From assembly GCA_963977015.1 (NCBI GenBank), contig CAXBMO010000019.1:32001-96000 (forward strand): a DNA stretch of 64,000 bases, in the 5' to 3' direction. A program made the translations under genes and the position numbers. This document shows, piece by piece, positions 48,991 through 58,481 of this stretch (its first letter is position 1; the number at the start of each line of letters is the position of its first letter). The notes under the pieces were generated by a model. That model had not been told where the DNA came from, did no database searches, and saw only the letters and a program-made list of their open reading frames with translations. The stretch comes from an uncultured bacterium. GTDB lineage: Bacteria; Verrucomicrobiota; Verrucomicrobiia; Verrucomicrobiales; DEV007.

Positions 48991-50364
48991 ATGCTGATGA
49001 AACCCCTCTTCGTTCGTTCCGCCGTCCCATTCCTTTTGCTGTCGGCCATCGTTCACGCGGACGAATCCCCGCCGAACATCGTTCTGATTGTTGCCGATGA
49101 TCTGGGTTATGCCGATCTGGGATGTTACGGCAGTGAGATCAATCGCACGCCTCATATCGATGCCTTGGCGAAGACCGGTGTGCGCTTTACCGATTTCCAT
49201 TCCTCGGGTCCGATGTGTACGCCGACGCGGGTCTCGATTCTGACGGGTCTCTATCAGCAGCGATTTGGTCCGCAATTCGATGCCGCGCTCTCCGGCCAGC
49301 GCCATCGCGATCAGGGATTGCCGGTCGATGCGAGAACGATGGCTGAGGTTTTGCAGGAGCGGAACTATGCCACGGCATGTTTCGGCAAGTGGCATCTTGG
49401 CTATCAACCGCCTTTTCTGCCATTGAATCAGGGGTTCGAGGAGTTTCGCGGGTTGGTCTCAGGGGATGGCGATTTCCACACTCGCATTGACCGCGGGGGG
49501 CGGGAGGATTGGTGGAACGGCGAGGAGATTGCGATGGAGCCCGGCTACACCACCGAACTGCTGACGCGATACAGCATCGATTTCATCGAGCGAAACAAGA
49601 GCGGTGAACGACCGTTCTTTCTCTACCTGCCTCATCTGGCGATTCACTTTCCCTGGCAAGGCCCGCAAGACCCACCGCATCGCCGGAAGGGAACCGAATA
49701 CTTCGATGACAAGTGGGGCCTGATTCCGGATCGCGCGAACGTCGCTCCGCATGTCAAAGCCATGGTGGAAGCGCTTGATCAAAGCGTGGGCGAGATCGTC
49801 GCGGCCCTCGAAGCGAATGGCCTTCGTGAAAGCACGTTGCTCGTGTTCACCTCGGACAACGGCGGCTACACCCGTTACGGGAAAGACTTTCGCAACATCT
49901 CCAGCAACGCCCCATTTCGCGGGCAGAAAGGTCAACTTTACGAAGGTGGTCACCGGGTTCCGCTCATTGTTTCCTGGCCGGGTAAGATTGCGGAAGCCGA
50001 GTCGGATGCGTTGACGTTTTCGGCCGACTTCTTTCCGACCTTCGCCAGCCTGTCCGGAGCGGGCGCGGGCGAGATTGCGGGTCTCGACGGAGTGAGTTTG
50101 CTCCCCTTGCTGATTGATGGGGCGCCCTTGCCTGAGCGCACGTTGTTTTGGCGGATGGGCCGGAACGGTGCCGTTCGCGAAGGTCCGTGGAAGTTGTGCC
50201 TCAATGGGAATTCCAGCCCGGAGTTGTATCGGCTCGACCGGGATCCGGGCGAAGGTGTGAATCTGGCGGAGGCTCAATCAGCGAAGGTCGATGCCCTGCA
50301 TTCGGCCTGGAAAACCTGGAACCAGGATGTCAATCGTTCCGCGGAAACGTGGGAGAAAAAGTAG
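48991..50364 (+). CDS. Sulfatase (Cys-type)
   Basis: PNIVLIVADDLG, CTPTRVSILTG, GKWHLG, SDNG. Confidence 0.92.
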   Translation: MLMKPLFVRSAVPFLLLSAIVHADESPPNIVLIVADDLGYADLGCYGSEINRTPHIDALAKTGVRFTDFHSSGPMCTPTRVSILTGLYQQRFGPQFDAALSGQRHRDQGLPVDARTMAEVLQERNYATACFGKWHLGYQPPFLPLNQGFEEFRGLVSGDGDFHTRIDRGGREDWWNGEEIAMEPGYTTELLTRYSIDFIERNKSGERPFFLYLPHLAIHFPWQGPQDPPHRRKGTEYFDDKWGLIPDRANVAPHVKAMVEALDQSVGEIVAALEANGLRESTLLVFTSDNGGYTRYGKDFRNISSNAPFRGQKGQLYEGGHRVPLIVSWPGKIAEAESDALTFSADFFPTFASLSGAGAGEIAGLDGVSLLPLLIDGAPLPERTLFWRMGRNGAVREGPWKLCLNGNSSPELYRLDRDPGEGVNLAEAQSAKVDALHSAWKTWNQDVNRSAETWEKK

Positions 50365-50380
50365 AGTTAGCGCAATCATC

Positions 50381-51766
50381 ATGAACAACGTCACCAGTCT
50401 TTTTCGCATCGGGTTAGTAACCTTGATGCTGGGTTTTTCTGCGCAAGCAACGGATGGGAGGCCGCCCAATATCATTCTGATTCTTGCCGATGATCTCGGT
50501 TATGGCGACCTCGGTTGCTACGGGCAGGAGTTGATCGCGACGCCCGGGATCGACCGGCTCGCCCAACAAGGGGTGCGGTTTACCCAGGCGTATGCGGGCG
50601 GACCGGTTTGTGCCTCATCACGCAGTGCGTTGATGAGTGGACTTCACAATGGCCACGCCGCCGCTCGGGATAACGTTCCGCATTATTCCACCTATCTGGA
50701 GGATGACGACATCACGGTTGCGGAGATTCTCCGCGAGGCTGGATACCGGACGGGTGGGGTGGGGAAATGGTCGCTCGGAGATGCCGGAACTGTCGGGCGT
50801 GCGACGAATCAGGGATTCGATTCCTGGTTCGGCTATTTGAATCAGGATCATGCCCATTACTATTATCCGGAGTATCTCGACGATGACGAAGGTCGCCTCG
50901 CACTGACCGGGAACACGGAGTCGCGCGAGCATTACAGCCACGATCTACTTACCGAGCGCGCCTTGGCGTTCATCGAATCTGAAACCGAGCAGCCCTTCTT
51001 TTTCTACGCCGCCTACACCGTTCCCCACTTCGCGGCGAAGGCCGAAGATCCGGATGGATTCACGGTTCCTTCGTTGGATCCGTATGCCGACCGGGACTGG
51101 GAGCAACGCTCGAAAAAATATGCAGCCATGGTGCATCGGTTGGACCGCGACGTGGGACGAATCGTGGACCTGGTCGACGAGCTTGGCCTTGGCGAGAACA
51201 CGCTCATCATCTTCACAAGCGACAACGGAGGCCACAAGGTCAACGGGAAGCGGTTTCGGTCCAGTGGTCCGTTGCGGGGATTCAAACGCGACCTCACCGA
51301 AGGCGGAATTCGGGTCCCATTCATTGCGCGCTGGCCGGGAAAAATTCCGGCAAACCGGACCAGTTCGGAAATCATTGCCTTTCAAGACATGTTACCAACC
51401 TTCGCCGAGCTTGCGGGAGTGCCGGTGGAGCAAAAAATCGACGGAATCTCAGTGGTGGAGGCGCTCTACGGCGAAACGCTGACCAATCCACACGACTGGC
51501 TCTATTGGGATTACGGCCACAACCGGGCCCGCTATGATCAGGCGGTTCGGCTCGGAAGCTGGAAGGGAATTCGCCATGGCCAGAATGGTCCGATTCAACT
51601 CTACAACCTGGATCGCGATCTCGGCGAAACGTTTGATCTCTCGTCGGATCATCCTGACATCATCGCCAAAATGGCAACCATCATGAAGAACGCCGTGACG
51701 CCGGATCCGCGCTACGAGATTGGAACGCGGTATCGCGGCCAGGCGATCTGGAAGCCAGGTTTTTAG
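50381..51766 (+). CDS. Arylsulfatase-family sulfatase (Cys-type)
   Basis: PNIILILADDLG, CASSRSALMSG, GKW, SDNG. Confidence 0.92.
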   Translation: MNNVTSLFRIGLVTLMLGFSAQATDGRPPNIILILADDLGYGDLGCYGQELIATPGIDRLAQQGVRFTQAYAGGPVCASSRSALMSGLHNGHAAARDNVPHYSTYLEDDDITVAEILREAGYRTGGVGKWSLGDAGTVGRATNQGFDSWFGYLNQDHAHYYYPEYLDDDEGRLALTGNTESREHYSHDLLTERALAFIESETEQPFFFYAAYTVPHFAAKAEDPDGFTVPSLDPYADRDWEQRSKKYAAMVHRLDRDVGRIVDLVDELGLGENTLIIFTSDNGGHKVNGKRFRSSGPLRGFKRDLTEGGIRVPFIARWPGKIPANRTSSEIIAFQDMLPTFAELAGVPVEQKIDGISVVEALYGETLTNPHDWLYWDYGHNRARYDQAVRLGSWKGIRHGQNGPIQLYNLDRDLGETFDLSSDHPDIIAKMATIMKNAVTPDPRYEIGTRYRGQAIWKPGF

Positions 51767-51768
51767 AT

Positions 51769-52575
51769 TTATTCCAACGGCGCCACCGTCGTTTCCTCAT
51801 TGGCCAACCCGGGGGGCAGCTCCATGATGCGGACTTTCCGAAAATGGATCTCCGCGCCCTCGGATTCGAGGCAAAGATAGCCTTTGCGAAACGACGACTC
51901 GCGAATCCCGTTCACAAACTTGCCGTTCACCGAAAGCTTCACCGTTCCATCGACCGCGACCACCACGTAGCGATTCCATTTGCCCTTGGGCAGGCAACGA
52001 TTCTCCCAGGATTTGCTGCGACTTCCGCGGGGGTTGTCCGGGATCGCCTTCATCCCGCCCGCTCCGAACAACTCGCCATGAACGTAGGCGATCGGCCGTG
52101 GAACTCCCTTCACGGCATGGATGAAGGGCCACTCCAGCTCCAGCATTTGCACTTCCATGCCAAGCGGAAGGCGATTTCCTTCCGGGCGAGCGTCGCTCCA
52201 TAGAAACACGCCGGAATTTCCGCCGGCTTCCATGTGGCGCCATTCCACGATGAGGATGAAATTCTCATACATCCGGTCCGAGCGCATCACGCCGATGGGA
52301 TGCCCCGTGCAGACGAGCAGTCCCTCATCGTTGACCGACCATGTCTCGGGAGACGTGTTGACATCAATCCAGCCGCTGAGGTCTTTGCCGTTGAAGAGAT
52401 CGACAAATCCCGGGTCGGGCCGTGTTTCCTCGAAGCTTGGAATCTCAACGGTTGGCAGCGCGTTCGTCGGCGGTTCCTCCGGACGAGGTGCGGCTTCTTG
52501 AGCGAGCAGCGGCGCGTTCGACAACGCGACGAAGAGAAGGGTGAGGGTGGTTGAAAGGGTGGAGGTTGGGATCAT
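51769..52575 (-). CDS. DUF1080 secreted protein
   Basis: [31 protein letters not shown]. Confidence 0.85.
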   Translation of the reverse strand: MIPTSTLSTTLTLLFVALSNAPLLAQEAAPRPEEPPTNALPTVEIPSFEETRPDPGFVDLFNGKDLSGWIDVNTSPETWSVNDEGLLVCTGHPIGVMRSDRMYENFILIVEWRHMEAGGNSGVFLWSDARPEGNRLPLGMEVQMLELEWPFIHAVKGVPRPIAYVHGELFGAGGMKAIPDNPRGSRSKSWENRCLPKGKWNRYVVVAVDGTVKLSVNGKFVNGIRESSFRKGYLCLESEGAEIHFRKVRIMELPPGLANEETTVAPLE

Positions 52576-52790
52576 GGTGAGAGATGCGGAATGGGACAGG
52601 ATCAACCGGCATTGGCGCGAACACAATGACGTTTCGGCGTTCACCTACCCCGTTGAGTTTCTAGGAAATGCGTATTATTAAGATTTGCTAAATAAATGTT
52701 GCATCCCGCGAAATTCCATGGCTCAATGGGCGTTCTGTCAGTCCGCTCTTCATCTCGATTGAGCGGGGTCAAATTCAATTGGATTGCGAC

Positions 52791-53324
52791 ATGGCCTTCC
52801 TGATTCTCGAAAGTCCCAGCGGTGAAAGGAACTACTTCACGATTCGTGAAGAGAAGACTTCGTTGGGTCGTGACGCACGCAACCACATTGTCATCGAGAG
52901 CGAATACGTCTCGGCGTTTCATGCGGAGTTCCGATCGTTGCCGGACGGAACCATGGAGATTGTGGATCTCGATTCCCACAACGGAACCGAGGTGAACGAT
53001 GAGCGGATAGAGGAGCAGGTTGTGTTGAGGAACGGCGACGCATTGGGGTTTGGGCTGGTTCAGGGCTGTTTTTACGAAGCGCTGGAAACGCCTGAAGCCG
53101 GGGATGGTGATGACGGTGATTCCCGCCTCGACGAAGCGTTTCTCCCCCGTGCGAATCGCGCCGATTGGGAGGCGAGCGAGACTCCGGTCGTGATGCGCGG
53201 TCGAGAGTCGATGGAGGAATTGTCAGGAGTCGTCCTGGCCTTCGAGGAATTTGACTATGCCACCGGGAATTTGCAGGAACGATCCCCCGGTCTCCTCAAA
53301 CCCGACGAAACGACGTCCAATTAG
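52791..53324 (+). CDS. FHA-domain protein with acidic tail
   Basis: LGR, VSAFHA, DLDSHNGT, LRNGD. Confidence 0.82.
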   Translation: MAFLILESPSGERNYFTIREEKTSLGRDARNHIVIESEYVSAFHAEFRSLPDGTMEIVDLDSHNGTEVNDERIEEQVVLRNGDALGFGLVQGCFYEALETPEAGDGDDGDSRLDEAFLPRANRADWEASETPVVMRGRESMEELSGVVLAFEEFDYATGNLQERSPGLLKPDETTSN

Positions 53325-54361
53325 GCCTCCTTGGCCGGTGAGGGCTCCGGTTTCGCGTCCATCTTGTGAATTCGGAGATGTCCATCAAAGTGTGCCGTCG
53401 CGAGGTGCAGCCCATCGGGCGACAGGGCCAGATCCCGGGCGTCGCTGGGAAGTTTGACGCGGTGAAAATCCTCCAACTCGCCCGGCTTCCAAAACAGCAA
53501 CCAGCCTCCGTTGCCGCCAACGCATCCGATGGTGGTGCCGTCGGGATGCAGGGCCACACCCCATCCCACGCCGCGAAGTTTTCCCTTGGAAAGGTGCTCG
53601 ACGAGTGCTTCGCCCTTTTCCCAATCGAAAACGACGACCGACGGATTGCCGATCCCGGCAAAGGCGTTGCTCACTGCGGTGATCCCACTGGCGGCCAGCT
53701 TCCTGCCGTCCGGGCTGAACGTCATCCCGCGAAATCCGCCGATAAAGGCGAGGAAGGTCTTGTCGAACTTGATGAGCGACTCTGCCTGCCAGGTTCGAAC
53801 CTGCGTTCCGGTTTCGATTTCCCAATCAAAGAGGTTGGCCTTCAGGTCGCCGCTGATGATTCGTTTGCCGTCCGGATGAAACGCCAGGTTGTAGATGTGG
53901 GATTCGTGTCCTGACAGTTCGCGAATCAACTTGCCGTCGGCGACGTTCCAGAGCTTCACCTTGAGATCATTTCCGGCTGAAGCGACGATGGTGCCGTCCG
54001 GGTTGGCAGCGACGGCTCGAATCCAGCCATCGTGAGCCTCGATCGTCCGCGTTGGCGTCAGCGCGTTCGCATCGACCGGAGCGAAAACGAGTCGTCCATC
54101 GTAACCGCCCGTGACCACGATTTTGCCGCCATCGGCAAAGGCGATTCCCCGCACCCACGCATTGACGTCCAATGCCGTTTTCGAGCCGTCGGCAAGGTTC
54201 CATCGCCACACTTTGTAATCCTGGGCTCCGGCAAAGACCTGCTTTCCCGAGGGATCAAAGCGACAGCTGATGAGCGGACTCTCATGCTTGAAGTCGTGCG
54301 CGAGGTGAGTTTGGGAGACGTCCATGGACAAAGATCGATGAGGGGTTTGAGGCTTCAGCAA
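53321..54361 (-). CDS. WD40-repeat protein
   Basis: AHDGWIR, GHESHIY, VKLWN, FDWE repeats; the start may be 54325. Confidence 0.85.
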   Translation of the reverse strand: MLKPQTPHRSLSMDVSQTHLAHDFKHESPLISCRFDPSGKQVFAGAQDYKVWRWNLADGSKTALDVNAWVRGIAFADGGKIVVTGGYDGRLVFAPVDANALTPTRTIEAHDGWIRAVAANPDGTIVASAGNDLKVKLWNVADGKLIRELSGHESHIYNLAFHPDGKRIISGDLKANLFDWEIETGTQVRTWQAESLIKFDKTFLAFIGGFRGMTFSPDGRKLAASGITAVSNAFAGIGNPSVVVFDWEKGEALVEHLSKGKLRGVGWGVALHPDGTTIGCVGGNGGWLLFWKPGELEDFHRVKLPSDARDLALSPDGLHLATAHFDGHLRIHKMDAKPEPSPAKEA

Positions 54362-54519
54362 ACGTGAGACCCATCCCTATTCACCGTGGTTTGCCCTCGC
54401 GTCCTTCACCTTAATTTGCGCTCGTTGGCCCCGAGGAACCCCGCGCTTGTCGTGGATGGCGAAAGGAAATGCGGACGGTGCCCGTGTTGAGAGAGGCTCC
54501 AAACCCCCAAGCCACCCTC

Positions 54520-57198
54520 ATGTTCATTCGTTTTTGCCGGAGAAGGAATTGTCAAGTTTGGCGATGGCCAGTCCTCGCGCTGATGTTGGCGACGTCGCAA
54601 GCCGCCGAACCTCTCCACGTTCAGATCGATCGCGCGGTCGCTGCCGGAAACGTGACGCCGGTCGCGGAGTTGGCGGGTGACACCGAGTTCCTGCGCCGCA
54701 TTTATCTCGATCTCACCGGTTGCATTCCGACCGCGGAAAAGGTGCGGACTTTCGCCAAGGATCCCGATCCTGACAAGCGTGCCAAACTGGCTGACGAACT
54801 CCTCCAAAGTCGCGAGTTCGCCCGTCACATGGCGTTGACGTTCGATATCTGGCTGATGGAACGTCGCCGGGACGCCCACGTCAAGACCCCGGAATGGCGC
54901 GCCTATCTCACCGAGGCCTTTGCCGGGAACAAGCCCTACAACCGGCTCGTCGCCGAGATTCTCGCAGCCGATGGAACGGATGGAAAGAACCGCGCCGCAT
55001 CCCGGTTTTACCTCGATCGATTGGGCGAGCCAAACCAGATCACGCGCGACGTTGGCCGGATTCTGTTTGGTCAGGACCTGCAGTGCGCCCAGTGTCACGA
55101 TCACCCCACCATCACCGATTATCTGCAGCGCGATTACTACGGCCTGTTCGCGTTTTTCAATCGGACCTACCTCTTTCAGCCTGACAGAAAGCAGCCCGCG
55201 GTGTTGGCGGAAAAGGCAGAGGGCGCGGCGGATTACAAATCGGTGTTCACCAGTGCGCCGGGCGAAATGCGGCCCCGTTTGCTGGGAAGCGTTGAGATCG
55301 AGGAACCGAGTTTCGCGCCGGGCGAGGAGTATCTCGTCAAGCCCGACAAGAAGGATAAGAAGCTCAAACCCGTTCCCAAATACAGCCGCCGCGAGCGCAT
55401 TGCGAAACTGGCGACGGACGGGAACAATGCCGCGTTCAATCGGAATATCGTGAACCGGCTCTGGGCGCACATGATGGGACGCGGGATGGTCGAGCCCTTT
55501 GATTTTCATCACGCGGCCAACCCGCCCGCGCATCCGGAACTGCTGGATCTACTCGCCGCTGAGTTTGCCGGGATGAAGTTCGATATCCCGGCGTTTCTTG
55601 CCGAACTGGCGAAAACGCGAACCTATCAACGCACCTTCGAACTACCGCAAACGTTGGCGGAGCAAGGCCGACAGCTCGAGCCGAAGCTCGCCGAATTCCA
55701 GGCTGAAGCAGACCTTCAACAGAAAGCCATGGCCAGGGCAATCGCGGATCTCGATTCCGCGAAGGAAGCCTGGGAGTTTGCCAAGATCGATCTCGAACCG
55801 CTCCGGGCGGAACTCAAAAAGGCGGAAGCCGCTCGCAACGCGGCGGTCGAGCCGATGAAGAAGGCGCAGTCGGAATTTGAGCCGCTCAAACCTGGCTACG
55901 AAGCGGTCCAGAAAGTGATTCAACTGCTCGAAGGCGTGGAGCTCGGCTCGGCGGGCGTGGAAACGCTGGCCGGCAATCTGAAGAAGCGGATCGCCGAGGC
56001 GCAGGCGATGGAGAAGAAGCTGCGTCCACCCTATGAGGCAAAGCAGAAGGCTTTCCTCACGGCGAGCGATAAACTGACCAAGCTCTCGGCGACCGTTGCC
56101 GAGAAGCAGAAGTTGGTGGATGTCGAACAGCCGAAAGTTGAGGAAACCAAGCGCGTCATGGAAGCGGCGCTGGCCCAATACCAAACCGCAAAATCCGCGT
56201 CCCGTCTTGCCAGCAGCCGCCTGGAAACCGCCAACGAGTTGGTCGAACTGGCGCAAACCGCGATCGCCGCGAAAGAGGCTCGCCAAGCCGCCGACGCTCT
56301 TGCAACCCAACTTGGCCAGCTGCAGGCGACCTCGGAATCCGCTCAACGTCTCTCCCTGAACCTGACGGAGTCCGCCAGCCACGCCGCGTCCGCCCACGAG
56401 CAACTCGGCGAGGATTCGGAACTGGGTCAAGCGGTCGCGACCCTCCAATCGCGGAGCGAGACCGCGCGTTCGCAGGCCGATGCAGCGGTCGCGCGACTCA
56501 ACAGTCATCTCGCGAAAAGCAAGGCGGCCACGGCCAAGGCCAACGAGTTGGAGGAGCAGTTGGCGGTGTCTCTCGATACGCTGACCGAACGCCAAACCAG
56601 CACCTTTGCCATCGGTGCGTTCGCCCCGCTTTCGCCGGAGCAACTTTGCATGAGCACGCTTCGTGCCACCGGTTATCTGGATCGGCTGATCAGTGGCGGG
56701 AATGCCGCGTTCGACAAGAAGCTCGCCGCGCAAACGGCCGCGAAAGACAAAAAGCCCGATCCCAAGGCCAAGAAGGAAGAGAAACCGGCCAAGCCGTTGG
56801 CTGAAGCCGATCGCCAGACAGAGGTCGAGGCGTATCTGGATACCCAACTCGCCGGATCCTTCAACAAGTTCGTCGCCCTCTTCGGTGGACAGGCCGGGCA
56901 GCCGCAGGGGGATTTCTACGCGACGGCCGACCAGGCACTGTTTTTCGAAAACGACGGGTTGGTTCGTTCGTGGCTCAGCCCCAACTCGACAAGTCTGACC
57001 GCTCGGCTCATCAAGCTCGAAACCCCTGCCGAAATCGCTGAGGAACTCTACCTCAGCGTTCTCACGCGGTTCCCGGCCAAGGAAGAAGTCGTCGCCGTCG
57101 AACAGTACCTCGCGGGTCGCGGAGAAGACAAAACCAACGCCGTTCAGGAACTCGCCTGGGCCCTACTTTCCTCCACTGAATTCCGGTTCAAACACTGA
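54520..57198 (+). CDS. DUF1549/DUF1553 (PSD1/PSCyt) protein with long coiled-coil insertion
   Basis: FLRRIYLDLTG, CAQCHDHP, VNRLW..GRGMV, HPELL, LSPEQL, LYLSVLTRFP, WALLSSTEF. Start uncertain (54469-54583). Confidence 0.85.
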   Translation: MFIRFCRRRNCQVWRWPVLALMLATSQAAEPLHVQIDRAVAAGNVTPVAELAGDTEFLRRIYLDLTGCIPTAEKVRTFAKDPDPDKRAKLADELLQSREFARHMALTFDIWLMERRRDAHVKTPEWRAYLTEAFAGNKPYNRLVAEILAADGTDGKNRAASRFYLDRLGEPNQITRDVGRILFGQDLQCAQCHDHPTITDYLQRDYYGLFAFFNRTYLFQPDRKQPAVLAEKAEGAADYKSVFTSAPGEMRPRLLGSVEIEEPSFAPGEEYLVKPDKKDKKLKPVPKYSRRERIAKLATDGNNAAFNRNIVNRLWAHMMGRGMVEPFDFHHAANPPAHPELLDLLAAEFAGMKFDIPAFLAELAKTRTYQRTFELPQTLAEQGRQLEPKLAEFQAEADLQQKAMARAIADLDSAKEAWEFAKIDLEPLRAELKKAEAARNAAVEPMKKAQSEFEPLKPGYEAVQKVIQLLEGVELGSAGVETLAGNLKKRIAEAQAMEKKLRPPYEAKQKAFLTASDKLTKLSATVAEKQKLVDVEQPKVEETKRVMEAALAQYQTAKSASRLASSRLETANELVELAQTAIAAKEARQAADALATQLGQLQATSESAQRLSLNLTESASHAASAHEQLGEDSELGQAVATLQSRSETARSQADAAVARLNSHLAKSKAATAKANELEEQLAVSLDTLTERQTSTFAIGAFAPLSPEQLCMSTLRATGYLDRLISGGNAAFDKKLAAQTAAKDKKPDPKAKKEEKPAKPLAEADRQTEVEAYLDTQLAGSFNKFVALFGGQAGQPQGDFYATADQALFFENDGLVRSWLSPNSTSLTARLIKLETPAEIAEELYLSVLTRFPAKEEVVAVEQYLAGRGEDKTNAVQELAWALLSSTEFRFKH

Positions 57199-57213
57199 AA
57201 CCAAACGCCTGAT

Positions 57214-58461
57214 ATGCTCACCAACCTCACTCCGCGCCGCAGTGTCCTTCGCGCCACCACCCTTGGCAGCCTCGGCGCGCTCGTCCAACCAGGAATCGCG
57301 GCGGATCTCGCCAGCCAGCAGAAACGCATGCTCGTCATCCGGATGAAGGGCGGCCTCAGCCAATTGGAAAGCTGGGACCCGAAACCCGGCACCGTGAATG
57401 GTGGTCCCTTTCGTGCCATCCCCACCTCCGTCCCGGGAACCCACATCTGTGAATTGCTTCCGCATACCGCAAAACAGATGCATCACCTCACGTTGGTTCG
57501 CGGGATCAATTCCCACAACAGCTCCCACAGCAAAGGCACCTACATGATGCTCACGGGGCGTCATGAGATGCCGGGTGCCTCCTATCCTGAGATCGGTGCG
57601 GTCGTCGCCAAATCGTTGGACAGTGAAAGCGTTACCCTGCCCGGTCATATCAAGATCGCCGCCAATGGCAGTGGTGCCCGCAGTGCGGACTCCGCCTATC
57701 TCGGTCCGAAATATGCCAGCATGGCAGTCGGAGGCGACAAGCCGCTTGCGAACGGCGCCCCCCATGAAAGCCTCAAGCCTGAAGTCGCCGAGCTTCGTGC
57801 AGACTTCCGCAACATGGCGAATTCGCGCTTTGCCCTTCGCCGTCGTACGGCGGAGACCGACGCCTACGTGCAAAGCTTCGAGCAAGCCCAGGAACTGATG
57901 CGGCAAAGGGATGTCTTCGATCTCTCCAAGGAATCCGAGAAGGATCGCGAACGTTACGGCGAACACGACTTTGGCCGCCACTGCCTCCTCGCCCGCCGCA
58001 TGTTGGAGGGCGGCGTCACGTCGGTTCAGGTGAGCCATTCCAACTACGACACCCACAACGAGAACTTCAACTTCCACATCGAGCAGCTTGGCGAATTTGA
58101 CAACACCTTCGCCACGCTTGTCTCGGATCTTTACGATCGCGGCATGCTCGACAGCACCCTGATCGTCGTCTTATCGGAGTTTGGACGCACCCCAAAGATC
58201 AACGCCCGCTACGGTCGCGATCATTGGGGAACCGCCTGGTCCATCGCGCTCGGCGGATGCGGGATCGCGCCTGGCGGAGTGTTTGGCGCGACCAACAAGG
58301 AAGGCACGGAGGTCGTCGATGGAGAAGTCGACGCCGGTCACCTGTTTCACACCTATTTGCGTGCGCTCGGAATTCGCTCCACTTCCAGCTTCCAGATTGG
58401 TGGCCGCAAATTCCCGATCGCCGATCCCGCCTTTGAGCCGATTCGCGAGATTCTGGCGTAG
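57214..58461 (+). CDS. DUF1501 protein
   Basis: Twin-Arg-like N-terminus; GGLSQLESWDPKP, LLARR, YDTH, SEFGRTP, GRDHW. Confidence 0.9.
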   Translation: MLTNLTPRRSVLRATTLGSLGALVQPGIAADLASQQKRMLVIRMKGGLSQLESWDPKPGTVNGGPFRAIPTSVPGTHICELLPHTAKQMHHLTLVRGINSHNSSHSKGTYMMLTGRHEMPGASYPEIGAVVAKSLDSESVTLPGHIKIAANGSGARSADSAYLGPKYASMAVGGDKPLANGAPHESLKPEVAELRADFRNMANSRFALRRRTAETDAYVQSFEQAQELMRQRDVFDLSKESEKDRERYGEHDFGRHCLLARRMLEGGVTSVQVSHSNYDTHNENFNFHIEQLGEFDNTFATLVSDLYDRGMLDSTLIVVLSEFGRTPKINARYGRDHWGTAWSIALGGCGIAPGGVFGATNKEGTEVVDGEVDAGHLFHTYLRALGIRSTSSFQIGGRKFPIADPAFEPIREILA

Positions 58462-58481
58462 CGGTTGCAAACAAACCCTCT

